A DNA stretch of 63,961 nt, the filler included. It is 3 parts of 3 records of this genome, joined end to end, with 100 filler letters (N's around TTAATTAATTAA, not from the genome) between each part and the next. Parts side by side here need not be neighbours in the genome. Positions count along the whole stretch, not along the records: positions 1 to 16,189 come from SRR20825019_1802; positions 16,290 to 42,278 come from SRR20825019_1808; 1 more part is not named here. The stretch is one strand, 5' to 3'. The first letter of the stretch is position 1. Every line of letters begins with the position of its first letter. Under the pieces are notes generated by a model. The model was given only the letters and a program-made list of their open reading frames with translations. It was not told the origin of the DNA and ran no database searches. The translations under genes and the position numbers were made by a program. This document shows, piece after piece, positions 11,814 through 24,590 of this stretch.

Positions 11814-14800
11814 ATGTTTGGAAAGAAAAAGTTATTTTCTTATGACTTGGAAGATAGTTCAACTCAGTCAGCAAAGGGCTTGAAACCTCTCTCATCTTCA
11901 CATGAAAACCACCATGAAGAAAAACTGGTTGCCAGCGAGGTTCCATCGCGTGGAATGAATTATCGTCCTCCGTTAAGAAAGGATTTCAACCGACAACCTC
12001 TCGATTTAGGACATCATCGAGTTCTCCAGGCACTCAATTTGTCTTCGAACCATGACCACAAGACTCCCCAGCCTGTAGGCAGCTTGGTCAATGTTTGCAA
12101 GTCCAATATAAAAAACCAAAACCTGCATTCGCAATCCTTCTTGAAGGAACATGAAGTGGTATCGACAAGTGGAGCAGTCTTCTCTCTCTCCTCTGACGCT
12201 CATGAACCCGCGGGATTCGCGGCCGATAACCAGAAACTCTGGGAGAAGGGAAGTATACACGGTGGATGGAGAAAACAAGCCTCTTTTTCAGCGTCACCTA
12301 AAAGAGGTGACACTGAATCGGGAAATGGTGTCTTATTCTCATGCACTTCGGAGGATATCACAAGTCGAGAAGAACTCGACGAAGAATACCCTGTGATCTC
12401 CAATCTTATAGATTCTGTAGTATCGGATACTCTGCACCTGCCAGAATCAAATGCAAGAGACACTGGCTCCATGAATGGTGATTATGATAACCTGAGGCCC
12501 CCCGAAATTCCACGATGTAACGAGAGTACCCACGACATGAGCCGTACTTCTGGTCTCTTTAATCAAGAAAAAACGCAACCTTCGCGCTCACGTTGTAAGA
12601 TATCTGTAGAATCTATAGGAGATATTATATCTGGTCCACACAGAAAATACCTTTTTGATCCTAGCGGAAGAAAATCACTTTTGAAGAGTTTGAGAGATAT
12701 AATTGACTCGCTGGTTTCAAAGGAGAAAACTTTAAAGAGATGGAATGCTGAAATAGATTCTGTTGAAGCACAGATTGAATGCTGTGTGAAAACAGCCCAG
12801 GTCAGGTGGCGGTTTCGTCTTGTTTATCGTCGGAAACGAAGTGCTATCTGCATTCAAAAATGGTTTCGTGCGATTTCGCAACAGAACAAGTATCTTGCTT
12901 TTCTAAAAGCCCGCAAGAAATATTATGCGTGTGCCGTCATCATTCAGAGCAGATTCAGAGCCCATTCCAAAAGAAACGAGTACTTACGAACGCGCAATAA
13001 CCTTATCAAAATGCAGTCTGCTTGGAGAATGCACAGGCAGTACTCTCATTTTATTTCTCTCCGAGAATCAGCGATATATCTGCAAGCATACATTCGCATG
13101 ACAATGGCAAAGGCCCAATATCGGAAGGTAATGCAATCTTTCCGCCATATTGCAGTTTGCGTAAAGCTGAGATACAGAATGAAATCAAATGCGGCTATCA
13201 TAATACAAAGGAGAAGGCGAGGTACTTTGGCTAGAAAACGTTTTCTGGAAATGAAAAGGAAGCTTCATGTGTTGCACCGCTTTTTATTAAGAGTACGAAA
13301 CAGAAACAAGATGAATCGAGCAGCTACTATGATACAAAAGAATACACGAATGTATTTGTCTTTGAAACGTGTCCAAACTTTAAAAAATGAAGCGGCGCGT
13401 CTAGTTCAAGCAATGTGGAAAATGCACTATTGTCAGAAAAAGTACGCAAGTAGGCTAGCTTCCACCAAGCGAGCAATTTTAACGATCTCTTCGGCATATG
13501 CCTTGTATCGCATTCGTAAGAAAAGGCTCGCAGCAGTCACAAAAATTCAAAAAGCATGGAATGATCATTTCATCTCACGATCTCGGAATTGCACAGTTTT
13601 ACAAGCAATTGTGAGGGGACATATCCAGCGAAAGAGGTTCTCTAAAAAAAGAGAAGCATGCATTCTTGTTCAGAGCTCCATTCGTCAGGGTCTAGCAGTG
13701 AGAGTTATGAGAAAATTGAGAGAGAAAAGGTTCGTATTGGTAACGCGATCCACCGGATTCTCTAAATTTCAGAGGTTTGACATAATGCTTGTGTGTCCAG
13801 AGAAGCCTGCGCTATAATTATACAGAAAACCTTCCGCACGTGGATCTGCCGCAACTACTTTCTTAAACTCATGGAAAGCATAATTCAGATTCAATATGTG
13901 TATAGGCGTGCTTTGAGAAGGCGCAAATTGAAGGTTTTGGAAACGAAGGTACTTTGACGGATCAATAATCATGCAAATTTCTAATCCACAGACCCTTCAC
14001 AAGGTGAACGCAGCAACAACTATTCAATTATGGATCCGCCTTCGATTGAAACAAAAAGAATGCCAACGAATGAGAATGGCGACACGCCTTCAAGCATGGG
14101 TTAGGTGCTTGCTTGCACGTCGACGGTATCGCTGCATTCAAGTTGCGGTCAAACAAGAGTTGGAAGCCATTCTTAGGTGTCCTGCCACCGCCTTGCGCTA
14201 TTTCTTGCCTTGACCCTAATACTTTCTTAGATGTGCGAAAAGGAAAATGAGTAATGGGAACAGCGAGGCCCACTCTACTCCTGTAGCTCAACCTGAAAAG
14301 AGGCGTGGTAAGAGTTTAGTCTTTCGTTTTAAATATTTCCATCGACGAACTAGATGTTTTTGCTAGCATTAAGTCCGGGTAAGCAGTCAGCTCAAATGCA
14401 CTCTGCGAGCCGTGAGAAGGCAAGTTCGAAAAACTTCATTGCCGTACATCCCACAGGTTTGAAATGCTTCATCTGCTTGACGTACACATCTGAGTAACTC
14501 AATTAGTCCTAGCAGAAATTCAACAGTATGACAGATGCCTAGAGGAAATTCGAGCCTCTCGCTTGGGGCCTGAACCTGCACGCAATCATGAAGTTGTGGA
14601 TCCACCGCCAGTTGGAATGAACAACCACTCCATACCAAAGATCACCGAGTCGACTGCGAATAAGGTATTTATTTGCTGGTACAATATGAACCAAGATCAC
14701 GAAAATTGATTTTGAAATCGATAGAAACGGAAGTGCCATGTGACCACCACAAATTCCAAGCTGAAGCTGGCAAAGCACAGAAGAGAAACATCAGGCAATG

Positions 14801-14895
14801 AAGCGCATTTGTCCAATCCCACATCTTCAGCCAATTCAAGATCTCAGAGATCCAGAAGAGGCCATGGTTTGGAGCTTTTTGGCGCGCTGCCCTAG
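11814..14895 (+). CDS. IQ-motif repeat protein (ASPM-like tail); long first exon followed by several short 3' introns
   Basis: Many IQxxxRxxxxR repeats (AICIQKWFR, AVIIQSRFR, AIIIQRRRRG, ATMIQKNTR, VLQAIVRG, ATRLQAWVR). Manual splicing continues to TAG at 14893-14895. Start is uncertain. Confidence 0.75.
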
Positions 14896-14944
14896 CGCTT
14901 AATACATCTATATTCTTAGGTACTTGCTGGGTCCTGTTTTCTGC

Positions 14945-16189
14945 CTACATTCTGCTCCTGTCGCCATCGTACCAGCGGTCCCCGGTGTAGCGCGCGGCAG
15001 AGTTAAGGGACTCCACGATAACGTGGGCGTCCTGACCGTGGCTGCGCATGTCTTGAATGCGGGTGCCTGGCGCGGTGAGCAGATTCTCGCTGGTTGGCTT
15101 GCTGAGAATTTGCACGAGCGATTGAATGTCAAAGAGAATATCATTGATATGATGGAGATTATCAGTGAACGACATATCGAATAAGGCCGCATCTGAAGGG
15201 TTCTTGAATTCAGATGTTCGTTGTTGGATCATTCTAGCTCCCTCCACCAAAGCCGCTATCTGCAAGGATATCTCCTCCCGTTCAATTGAAAGTCGGCGTA
15301 CAACTTTGCCGTGCATTTCACGAATTCTGGAAGCCGTAGCAGCGTCAACAGCACCCGCTGTAAGCAAATTAGCACCCTGGAAATTAGGATCGACATTCAC
15401 AGCATCATCTTTGACAGGTGCACTTGAAGAAGATGCGGTTGTTTTCACCTGCTCCGTCAGAGCATTCATAATCGTCTCCTGTCTCGTGTTGAGTTCAATT
15501 TGGTTTTCGTAGTTGCGCCGGAGCTCATCATTCTTCCGAGACAATCCACCAATGTTTTGTACGGCTGTTTCAAGCAACTGAAGACAGTCTTTCTTAAACG
15601 ATTCACATCTTGATCTTTGCCACAATAAGAGTGCAGATGTTAGCGAATCTTTTCGGCCCATAATTCGTACTCGCCGCCAAAACATGGACTTCAATTGGCC
15701 GAGGGCTATCCATCGTTTCCACTGCAAGACTACCCCGCACAGTGTACGCTGTTTCCTGGCCTGGGTAATGACACGTACAATGTATGCGTGCTTGCGGTGG
15801 CGGTGCCGTCGAGCAAAGGAGGAGCGCATCCAAAGATGAAGTGACTTCAAGGCAGAATGCCGATTCCATTGTACAATACCTTTCTGGAGTAGATACTGCT
15901 TGGTTCGAGTAGTTATACTAAATTGCTGCCACTTTGATAAAGCCACAGCTTTAAGTCGGCGTTGAACTATTGACGCTACTTGCCTAACTCGCAAATTAGT
16001 TTTCCTTCGCCTTTTGGTAGCCAATGCCCATATACCCAAGTAGGCACTCTTCTTATACTTTTCCATCGTACAGGCCGCCATACAAGAAGCCACCTTGGTT
16101 GTTTTGCTAGCCAAAACTGTTGCATGATACCACTTCGAAAATGCTTTTGTCATTCTCCTGGCAATGTCACGCGAGGCAATGCGTGCCCC
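14945..16189 (-). CDS. 5'-truncated Sfi1-like (centrin-binding repeat) coiled-coil protein
   Basis: Periodic basic Trp motifs AFSKW, ALSKW, SLHLW, VVLQW and ALLLW, followed by a coiled coil. The frame stays open to the contig end at 16189. Confidence 0.6.
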   Translation of the reverse strand, partial: GARIASRDIARRMTKAFSKWYHATVLASKTTKVASCMAACTMEKYKKSAYLGIWALATKRRRKTNLRVRQVASIVQRRLKAVALSKWQQFSITTRTKQYLLQKGIVQWNRHSALKSLHLWMRSSFARRHRHRKHAYIVRVITQARKQRTLCGVVLQWKRWIALGQLKSMFWRRVRIMGRKDSLTSALLLWQRSRCESFKKDCLQLLETAVQNIGGLSRKNDELRRNYENQIELNTRQETIMNALTEQVKTTASSSSAPVKDDAVNVDPNFQGANLLTAGAVDAATASRIREMHGKVVRRLSIEREEISLQIAALVEGARMIQQRTSEFKNPSDAALFDMSFTDNLHHINDILFDIQSLVQILSKPTSENLLTAPGTRIQDMRSHGQDAHVIVESLNSAARYTGDRWYDGDRSRM

Positions 16190-16289
16190 NNNNNNNNNNN
16201 NNNNNNNNNNNNNNNNNNNNNNNNNNNNNNNNNTTAATTAATTAANNNNNNNNNNNNNNNNNNNNNNNNNNNNNNNNNNNNNNNNNNNN
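16190..16289. other. Artificial contig spacer N44-TTAATTAATTAA-N44
   Basis: Exactly 100 bp with a palindromic core giving stops in all six frames; repeated identically at 42279. Confidence 0.98.
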
Positions 16290-16534
16290 CGCCGCCAAAA
16301 AAAATAAAAAATACAAAAACTATTATTTGTTTTATATGCAAGAGACATGGCAATGAGCATGGCAACTCGTCACGCGGCTGCCCGGCCCAACTTTCACAGT
16401 TTACCACGGCGGGTCGGCCCCGGCTTCAGCTCATGAGAGTACTTGAGAGGAGTCCTCGAATCCGGTGGTGACACCAAAATCAGACTGTTAATGATCGCGG
16501 CGGTGTTAGGGTCGTGCCCGTTCGCTAGTGCCAC

Positions 16535-16935
16535 TCGGCCGCCAGGCGGGCGGGGGCCGCCCAGCGGGCGATGCGCCCCGTGCGGCGGGGCGGGGCCCCG
16601 GGCGCGGCGCCGGGGTCCGACCGCGCCGGTGCCCGCCGGGGCCCACGATCCCATCGCCGCCGGGCCCGCCCGGCCCGCCCCCCCGGCCGGCCGGAGTGGC
16701 GCCGGTCCGGGTCACTGGCGGAGCCCCGCGCCCGCCAGCCCCGCCCGGCGGCTTTGACTGCCGCCGCCGGCCGGCCCCGGGGCGGCCTTCCTCAGGCCGA
16801 GGGGCCGACCAACAGGCCGCATTTGCGTGGATCGGAGGACTGATGATGACTACCGTGACTCCGCGGCTATGCCCCTGGGCCCCACCCCCCGCCCCTCCGA
16901 CCGCACCGGCGGCCGCGGCCGCGAGGCCGGGACAA
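16535..16935. promoter_or_regulatory. Extremely GC-rich upstream island; the largest of about 10 at gene 5' ends
   Basis: Almost only G/C runs (cccgcccggcccgccccc), upstream of the dioxygenase gene. Similar islands at ~6810, ~10090, ~11505, ~21910, ~22205, ~24735, ~32455, ~38955 and ~41435. Confidence 0.55.
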
Positions 16936-17125
16936 GCTGACTGGGCGCTGAAAACCTGTGTGAAAACCGGCCGGGGCGACAGTCGCACGCTCCCCGGCCC
17001 TTGCTGGGTGCTGTTCACTCCGGCCAGCATTTGTTTTCAGTGTCCCTTGTACAGGCAGTCAGCCACACTAACCAGGAAGAAATATCGGCATGTATCTTGA
17101 GAGCACGATTCTCGCATGGGTGATA

Positions 17126-18436
17126 ATGTTGTCAAGTGCACTTAGATCCACTCTCGGACTAAGACATGCCTTGTACCAGTATGTCGGCAGCAGGCCTTAT
17201 AGTGGCCATACCAAGGCGGTTAGGTATGGCGTTCAGGCAGTGGAAGTGGCTAGTAGTGTGAGACAGTTAACCGTCACAACTACTGATGTAAATGTGCCGT
17301 CTGAGCACGGAACCTCGTTTCCTGTTGATATTCTGTGGTTAAGGAACCACTGCTCCTGCGATAAGTGCCTGCATCCAGTGACAAATCAAAAGTTGACTAC
17401 CAGCTCTGACTGGACAAAGGATCTGACCCCAGAGAGTGCGTCTCTATGTGAGTCCAGTGGAATCGTCTCTGTGGAGTGGGATTTTGAACACACCAGTGAA
17501 TTTTGTTTGAAAGAATTGCAAACACTCCATCAAACCGGGAGGGTGCCTTCACGCTTACACTTCCCTCCTGCTTTGAGTTTGGCTGACACTAAGGCTCATT
17601 TTTCTCACGATGAGGTGATGTCAGAAGAGAAGGAGTTGTTCCGCTTTTTGTCTCAAGTGAATAGGGCTGGACTAGCTATCCTTCGAGGTACGCCAGACAA
17701 CTATGAGTCTGTGGTGTCAATTGCGAATCGCCTTGGAGGGGTTCAAGACACAATATACGGGTTGGAGTGGAATGTGGTGGATGAAGCAAAGCCTATCAAT
17801 ATCGCTTACACATCACTGGAACTAGAACCACACATTGACCTTAACTACTATGAATCGCCTCCAGGTCTGCAGTTGTTGCATGCATGGAAATTCCACGACA
17901 TTGTTGGAGGCGAAAGCACATTTATCGACGGTTTTGCGCTGGCCTCATCCTTCAAGGATGCTAACCCCGAGGCATATAATGCGCTGACAAAGCTTCCGAC
18001 CACGTTTCATAAGTGGCATTTGAACCGGGAAAATCCTGTACACTTGGAATACCAGCGTCCAATTATCCAGACTAACGCTGAAGGTGGTATCATAGGTGTG
18101 AACTGGTCTCCGCCGTTTGAGGGTCCGCTACGCCTTAGACACCGTGATACTAGGCCGTATTATGAGGCGTACTCTGCCTTTGCACAGTTCATTAAGGACT
18201 CGGAAGATTCAATGCTTGTAGAGTTCAAGCTGAACGAAGGTGACACAGTGGTTTTCAACAACCGACGTATCCTCCATGGCCGTCGCGCGTTCAAGCAGAA
18301 GGCAGTGACAGGCGTTAGACATCTGCGAGGGGCATACGTCAGTATTGACGAGTATTTTAACCTTGTGTGCGTATTGGCAGACAAGTATTCCACCGAGGAT
18401 CTTATCTACCGAGTGGGGAACGGAAATTGGTCCTGA
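17126..18436 (+). CDS. Gamma-butyrobetaine/trimethyllysine dioxygenase family (TauD-like Fe(II)/2-oxoglutarate), probably mitochondrial; no introns
   Basis: WLRNHCSCDKC N-terminal Zn motif, NIAYT...LEPHIDLNYYESPPGLQLLH (HxD), GGESTFIDGF, NRRILHGR and RHLRGAY. Arg/Ser-rich presequence MLSSALRSTLGLRH. Confidence 0.88.
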   Translation: MLSSALRSTLGLRHALYQYVGSRPYSGHTKAVRYGVQAVEVASSVRQLTVTTTDVNVPSEHGTSFPVDILWLRNHCSCDKCLHPVTNQKLTTSSDWTKDLTPESASLCESSGIVSVEWDFEHTSEFCLKELQTLHQTGRVPSRLHFPPALSLADTKAHFSHDEVMSEEKELFRFLSQVNRAGLAILRGTPDNYESVVSIANRLGGVQDTIYGLEWNVVDEAKPINIAYTSLELEPHIDLNYYESPPGLQLLHAWKFHDIVGGESTFIDGFALASSFKDANPEAYNALTKLPTTFHKWHLNRENPVHLEYQRPIIQTNAEGGIIGVNWSPPFEGPLRLRHRDTRPYYEAYSAFAQFIKDSEDSMLVEFKLNEGDTVVFNNRRILHGRRAFKQKAVTGVRHLRGAYVSIDEYFNLVCVLADKYSTEDLIYRVGNGNWS

Positions 18437-18502
18437 TAACCGCGAACACCAGCTTACGAGAACATTCTTTGTGATCGAGTCCCCCAGATAGTTTATTCAT
18501 GA

Positions 18503-21500
18503 TCAATCAACCTCAGTGAATAAATCGTCGAAGGCTTGTCGAAATTCTGCTTTGTTAGGTTTCTTTTTCCCTTGACTGGCTTCAACTTCGGCAGCCGCAG
18601 CCGCTCCCATCGCGCGCATGTCCACCACTTTTTCATCCCTTGAGCTATTTGACGATGAGGTTTTCGGGGCCAAGAATCTCTCAAGAATTTCTCCTCCAAA
18701 TTCTGAATCTTGAATAACCTTAGCCATTAGGAATTCAATCTGGGCGGTCTCTGTGGTTTCACCATCAAGAGTAGGGATATTGGGAGGATCAATCAAGTCC
18801 ATGATCAATTTGGATAATGGTACGCTCTCGTCCACATACTCGAATATCACGGACTCGTTATCCAATCCAGTTATAGTTGCTTTACCGCTTTCAACGCCAA
18901 TGCGTAGATTGCCATCCATCACCATGGAGCGCCCCCCCATCTTCGAAGCTGTTGAAAGATACGTAACAAAGGCTTTGCTTTGGCCTTCCAGCTGCATGTA
19001 CTTTGATAGTGTTGCCATTCTCAGTTTCACATCAACTGTGTGGAATCCAAGCTGAAGATAGTCATGCATCACCACACTACGTCCATCAATGAATATCCTA
19101 TTCCCTTCTTCTCCGAACAAAGCCAAAAGCGCTGGTTCAGCATTGTCTTGATATGTCATGAGAGTGGGCATTTGAGAGGCAATGAGCCTCCCGTTGATTC
19201 TGACCGGTGTGTCTGTAAGACGAAAGTTCGCGCCACCCGCACTGAAACCAACATCGCGAAATACACCACGAACATCAATCTTCCCATTCTTAATCTCTAA
19301 GTTGGCTTGAACATCTAGCCTGTCCTTCGGGGCAGCGCTGGTCCACAGATTCGTTTCGAACTTTGGCAACTTTGTGATTGGAGGGCATTGCATGGCAGAA
19401 GAATATCCAAGAAAATCTAGAACCGGATCCAATGGTCCAGAAAAGCCAGTATCTACCTTGTTAATGGAGACATCGCTTTCAGGTCGTTCAAGCATACTCT
19501 TAAGTGTATGAAGGTCTCTTTGAATATCTTCCATACGATGCTCCCACCTCGTCCTCAATGTAAACACTTCTCCATCAGAAGTGTCACCACCGGTAGACCT
19601 CCATGACACACTCTTATACTTCGTCATTATCTCCAGAGCCAACAAGAGTTGATCGTATGCCATCTGCGCACGGTCTACTTGAGATCCAAAAGCTAACTTG
19701 TTGAAGTATCCCTGACCAACATCAATGCTAATTCCAGTTTGCATGAGAGAGAGTGGGCCTCTTGAAGAACGGTTATTTGCACCATTACCAACAAACTTAA
19801 CCAAATTGAAGCTCTTATTCCCGTAATCAACCTTTCTAACCCACGTTTCATCAGGGACGAAATCGACATCTTCAGCAACACAATCATGCGAGATAAGTCC
19901 TTCGCGGTTAGTTCCCAACAGAATCTCAGCATCAAGAACATGCCCCGCGCCAACTGTCAATGTCAATCTGTCTGCATGCCCCGACAAACCCAGCTTTCCG
20001 GCCTCCATTGCCAGATTAATGTCACATTTCAATCGGTCTTGGAAATACGGCTGAGAGAACCAAGCCATCTTGAAAGGAGGCGGGTTCTCATCCAATGGAC
20101 ATTCAAGGCTAGGTGCCATATGCAAGGCATGGATGAAGTCGTTCGTAGTACTCTTCCATTTGAAGAATTCTGCTTGCTCTTCAGGAATGTTGATGTAGTT
20201 GGGATGACGGGGACCAAGCTCATTTTCAGTATCTACATATGAATTACAGGAGGCATGATCATTAGAAGACATTTCTTCTTCCTCCAAGAAAAGAGTAGGG
20301 TCCGGTTCTTGTAAGTACCTTGGATCTTGCAACGTGACTTTCCGAGATAACTGCTTTATGAGATCAGCGAAATCACTCGAAAAGGCGGTGGAGCGTATCT
20401 CAGGTAAGTTCAACGCCCTTTGGTATTCAAGAATCTCACGCAGCAATATTAGGTCGGCGTCTAGGATGGCAGTCCGTGCTGCAGGCTGTTTCTGCACCAC
20501 CAAATAACCCTGTTCAATCTTGTAGTTCAAACCCAAACCAAAGGACTTGGAGTTACGGGCGCCTTCCATCAAGAAAGGCTTCAACAAGTTCTTGTATCCC
20601 GGAGAAAGCCTTTCCGTGTTAAAGACCATCTCGAAACGATTAATGGACTCGTGACGACTTTTCCGCCCACCCGAGAGATTCAAGGACACACGGTGCTTGT
20701 CCGGGTGACGCATCGACGGGTTGATATGGAAGGAAACAGCCGCGTTAGCGGAGCCACCATCTTCCAAGGCGCTGAGATCCCAAGACTTGGCGGAGTTGTA
20801 CAACGCACAAGTGATCTGGGTAGCAGCGGAACTCTCTATAGTTCCTTGAAGTAGATAGACAGGTGCGGATACGAACGAGTTGCTAATATCTAGTGAAAAG
20901 TCATACCTGTTCCACGGTTATTGTAAATATAGCGTGTGCTAAACCAAGTCTCAACGTACCATGCTTCTATGTTCTGGAGCTTGTTGTCCTGGTAGTGAGT
21001 TTCCACCTTAAAGTTTAGGCCCAGAGTCACATCAGTTGTCACCGTTCCGGTAGCCGCGGTGTGAAACTTCACTGCAGGGATTAAAACAGAAAGTGGCTTG
21101 TGAGATGTGGGGACGCTGCTGGGATTAATACCCCTGTACCCGATGACAACTTTGTTGTTATCAGTGGTCTGAGGGCGCAGTTTCTGTTTCTCAATAAACA
21201 CTTCCAGGCCAAGTGTCTTAAGGTCAACTTCTCGAATTGCGAACTTCAATATCATACCCACTGAGCTACCATGTTAGTGAAGTTAGAAGTGTGTGTTCCG
21301 ACCCACGCTCACCATCCAAATAGGAGTGGAAACGATAGTCGGGCGCATTGGAATACGCCCACTTATCAGCTTCACGTGTTTGTGTCTCGACTTTAGCATC
21401 ATAGTCCGTACTTTGGGGAGCGGCCTTGCAAAGCTCTTCTGCTTCAGAAGGCGTCCAGGTATATAGGACGTGCCCTCCCCTTGCAACTGTTAGGTGCAAG

Positions 21501-21535
21501 ACCAAGATAAATACCACAACAACTGCTTTCGGCAT
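18503..21535 (-). CDS. Secreted orphan protein of ~975 aa; introns 21261-21312 and 20907-20959
   Basis: Signal peptide MPKAVVVVFILVLHLTVARG. Two GT-AG introns (52 and 53 nt) join ORFs 21266..21535, 20890..21261 and 18503..20803 in frame. No domain recognised. Confidence 0.8.
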
Positions 21536-22528
21536 GTCGAACGTGCCAAGAAAGGCCGTGTAGACAGCTTACAATTCTTCCCTGCGAAGGTTCCGAGGAA
21601 TATATATCGAACTCCAACCTGTTTTGCTTTCCTGACGCGCCCTAGGTGAGTGAGAGCATTGCCCCTTACGTTTCGCCGTCCACTTGAAACGAGACAAGTG
21701 GTTGTGACATTCGAAAACCCAGCAGCATTGTAGAATGGCTGTGTTTGGTCGACTCCGATGTCCGTCACGGCCACAGTGCACTGAGTACTGACGGTCCCGG
21801 TGCGCCCGACTGTCTGATGATGATGACTCTACGCCGCCCCACTGATGAGCAGCGCAGGCGGTGGGAGGGGGCATGCGAGCAGTACCACCCACAGCACAGT
21901 GATGATTGACCAGCCCGGGCCCAGCCTGCCGCGACCCGCCGGGCCGGCGTGCCGCCGCCGCGGCCGCCGCGCGTAACACTTGATGCATTGCGAAAAATGA
22001 TCGCAAACACGCGGTTGGCTTCAATGATCACTCAGGGCGGCTGCCAACTTGATGGTGACTCCCATGTGTAGGCCGCTGGGCTAGGCAACTCTTCTAAACA
22101 ACCACAAGCAGTGAATGATTCATCGCGTGGCGGTCGGGGCCCGTGACCGGGGGTCAGAAAGAGACTCGAGTCTCAAGGAGTCAAAAGGGAGTGAAGACAG
22201 AACCCGTGGCGGAGCGGCCGGCCGCACCGACGGTATGGCGCGGGCGTGGCCGCGCCCGGCCCTGGCAGCCGCCGAGCCCAGCCGGCTCAGTTGACGATGT
22301 GGTCGTGCAGGTGATGAGAGCTCCTGCCGGCCCCCTCCCAGGCAGTGTTTTCAGCCCGGCCGCTGCTGACTAAACCCGGCCGCTTCTTCCTGCCAACAAA
22401 AGCAAAATCGAATATCTGCACTGAGCTGGTCTCGTTTGTCTATCAAGAATACCATTGAAATTTGTAACATAGGTATCCATATCACTTACATCTCCGAGAT
22501 ATCACGCAAGCGTTCGCACTGCCGCAGA

Positions 22529-24590
22529 ATGAAGAGCCGGGGAGAACATGCGTGGGTTGCTATGCTACTCGTTATGCTGTGCTGTGGAAGCTCTGGTGTC
22601 AAGCTGGAGGCGCACAATGCCGTGTTGTCGGCGGAAGACTTTCTTGAACTTGAAGCAATGGAGGGATTTTCTTGCTATGTTATACGAGTGAGTGATACTT
22701 TCAGTATTGACTTCGACAATGTCAAGGAGGTATTCAAGTCTCCCTTGGCAATGCAACAAGACAACGTAAGTGATATTCGTTTTGTCTCTTTTACAACTAA
22801 AACTGTGCTCTTAGTCTCTCAAAACACCAAGCGATTGCCAACGGGCAGTTGACTCTTGTTCGCCACGGCCTCCGGGGATTTGGGACTCTCCACCAGCAAA
22901 GGGCGACTTCAGCTTGATGGCTGTGTGGGCACATGGAACACAACCGGGTGCTCACCTTAGTCGGATTGTGAGGAGTGTGTGTTGCGAATCTAATGGAAAG
23001 GTTGGAGGCTTCAAGCTGTTGAATGACAATGGACTGTGCCCGCAGAGTATGTCGTGCTCCTATTTTAGAGGCATTCTGCTCACTGTTATCAGGGAATACA
23101 CAAGCGTGCAAGTACTTCCTCCGAATGACCGATCAGAACGAATGGAAGCCGAACTGGAAACTTATTGCTCCCCCTACATCAAATCCTGTTCTTTTGGATG
23201 GAGATGACAAAGTATGCTGTGCACTCTTGCTGCGTGTATGAACTGCAAGAATCTTATGATAGCGTTACAGTTGGTTACGGAAGCATTATGCGCCGAATGG
23301 GACCCGAGGGCTGTATGCCAAAATTACGGAACTAAGGCTGTACGGGAGAAAGATCTTAATGGAATGAACTCCATTGACGTTATTTGGGCTCCGGTAAGAG
23401 AGAGGACACGACTGTGATATGATTCATTGAGCTGAGAAACTGGGTTTAGCCTTCAACATCAGCAACAGATAGGCCGAAAGTTGTTCAATCGATTTGCTGT
23501 GATTGCAAGAATGGGAACTGCTCTTTGAAGAATTCTAAAGGAGGATGTGTATTCGGAGAGTAGGTTTGCTGTCCATGTGATCGTACCTGCTCTAATCCAT
23601 AGCTAGATGTAGCGCTCGGCTGAAGATATCGGGCGGAAATGATATTTCGGGTGATCTGATAGATGAGAGCGATGCCCCCGAGTTGGTATGTTGAAGATCC
23701 GGTCAGATAGAAATTGTGTTGACCAAATTTGCAGATAGTGTTTCGTCGACAATGTGCCAATACGCCGAAGGAACGGTGCCGCCATAAAGCATTCGAACCT
23801 TCTTGGGTTATTGGCAACAATACTGTTGAAGGTAACTGAATCCTGGTAGCTGTAGTAGTGAGTATTGACACATTGTAGCGATATGGAAGGACTACGCTGT
23901 GCAAAAGTCCTCCGTAGTTGGGACATCATGTTGTCAATGTGCTAAGGGCATCAATAATCTTGTTGCTTGTACCTGGATTGGGGATGGAGCCTGTGCGAAT
24001 TGTCCACTCCGTATGTCGAAGTGTCCGAGTCACATTCTCTGGGCAGTTGCTGATTCAATATGTAGTCCCAGAGGATTGGCTAAATGGATATCAAGACCTG
24101 TTGCAGAGTTTCACAGTTGATCTTGCAGATGTGCTAGCTAAAGCACAAGCTTTGCGAGTGATTTCTCGAGCCATCCTTAATCAGATTAGGGTATGATGCA
24201 TGTTCAATAGGTTCTATTTGTATTTAAGATTTTCACTAGGCTGGAAACGCCAGGGTCAATTGGCTTGATCAGAACCGAGTTGCTGGCTGGATTACAACGT
24301 TAGATGACATAATCGATATTATTCAAGGGCAGCCAACTGACCAATATACTGGAATTCTTATTTCTCGTGAGATTATGTATTTGTTGGATTTAACACCTCA
24401 AAATACTAACTCAGTGCTAGATATCCTGAACAACTTCACTTGGACTGAAATGGAGGCGTGTGGACCTTGCTGCAACTACACGGATGCGGAAAGGGCGAAG
24501 TTCCGAGAGGCCATGGAAGAGTCGTACAAGGCATGCGTGGCTATTCCTGATCCAAGAAGATGCCCACCCCCGCTCCGGCTCCTGCAATAG
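22529..24590 (+). CDS. Secreted cysteine-rich orphan protein; about 9 short introns and three internal CC-containing modules
   Basis: Signal peptide MKSRGEHAWVAMLLVMLCCGSSG. Manual splicing at GT-AG introns gives one open frame to TAG at 24590. Confidence 0.7.

Noticed and set aside
16234..16245. TTAATTAATTAA palindrome as a biological site
   Set aside because: It is centred in a fixed N44 spacer and repeated identically, so it is a synthetic six-frame stop linker.
16394..17100. Pro/Gly/Arg-rich ORFs in GC islands (also ~6675-6998, 38827-39367, 41533-41832)
   Set aside because: They are open in several frames simply because stops are rare in GC-rich DNA; low complexity and no recognisable motif.
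21814..21910. TGATGA motifs as C/D-box snoRNAs
   Set aside because: I found no suitably placed D box with a terminal stem or rRNA-complementary guide.
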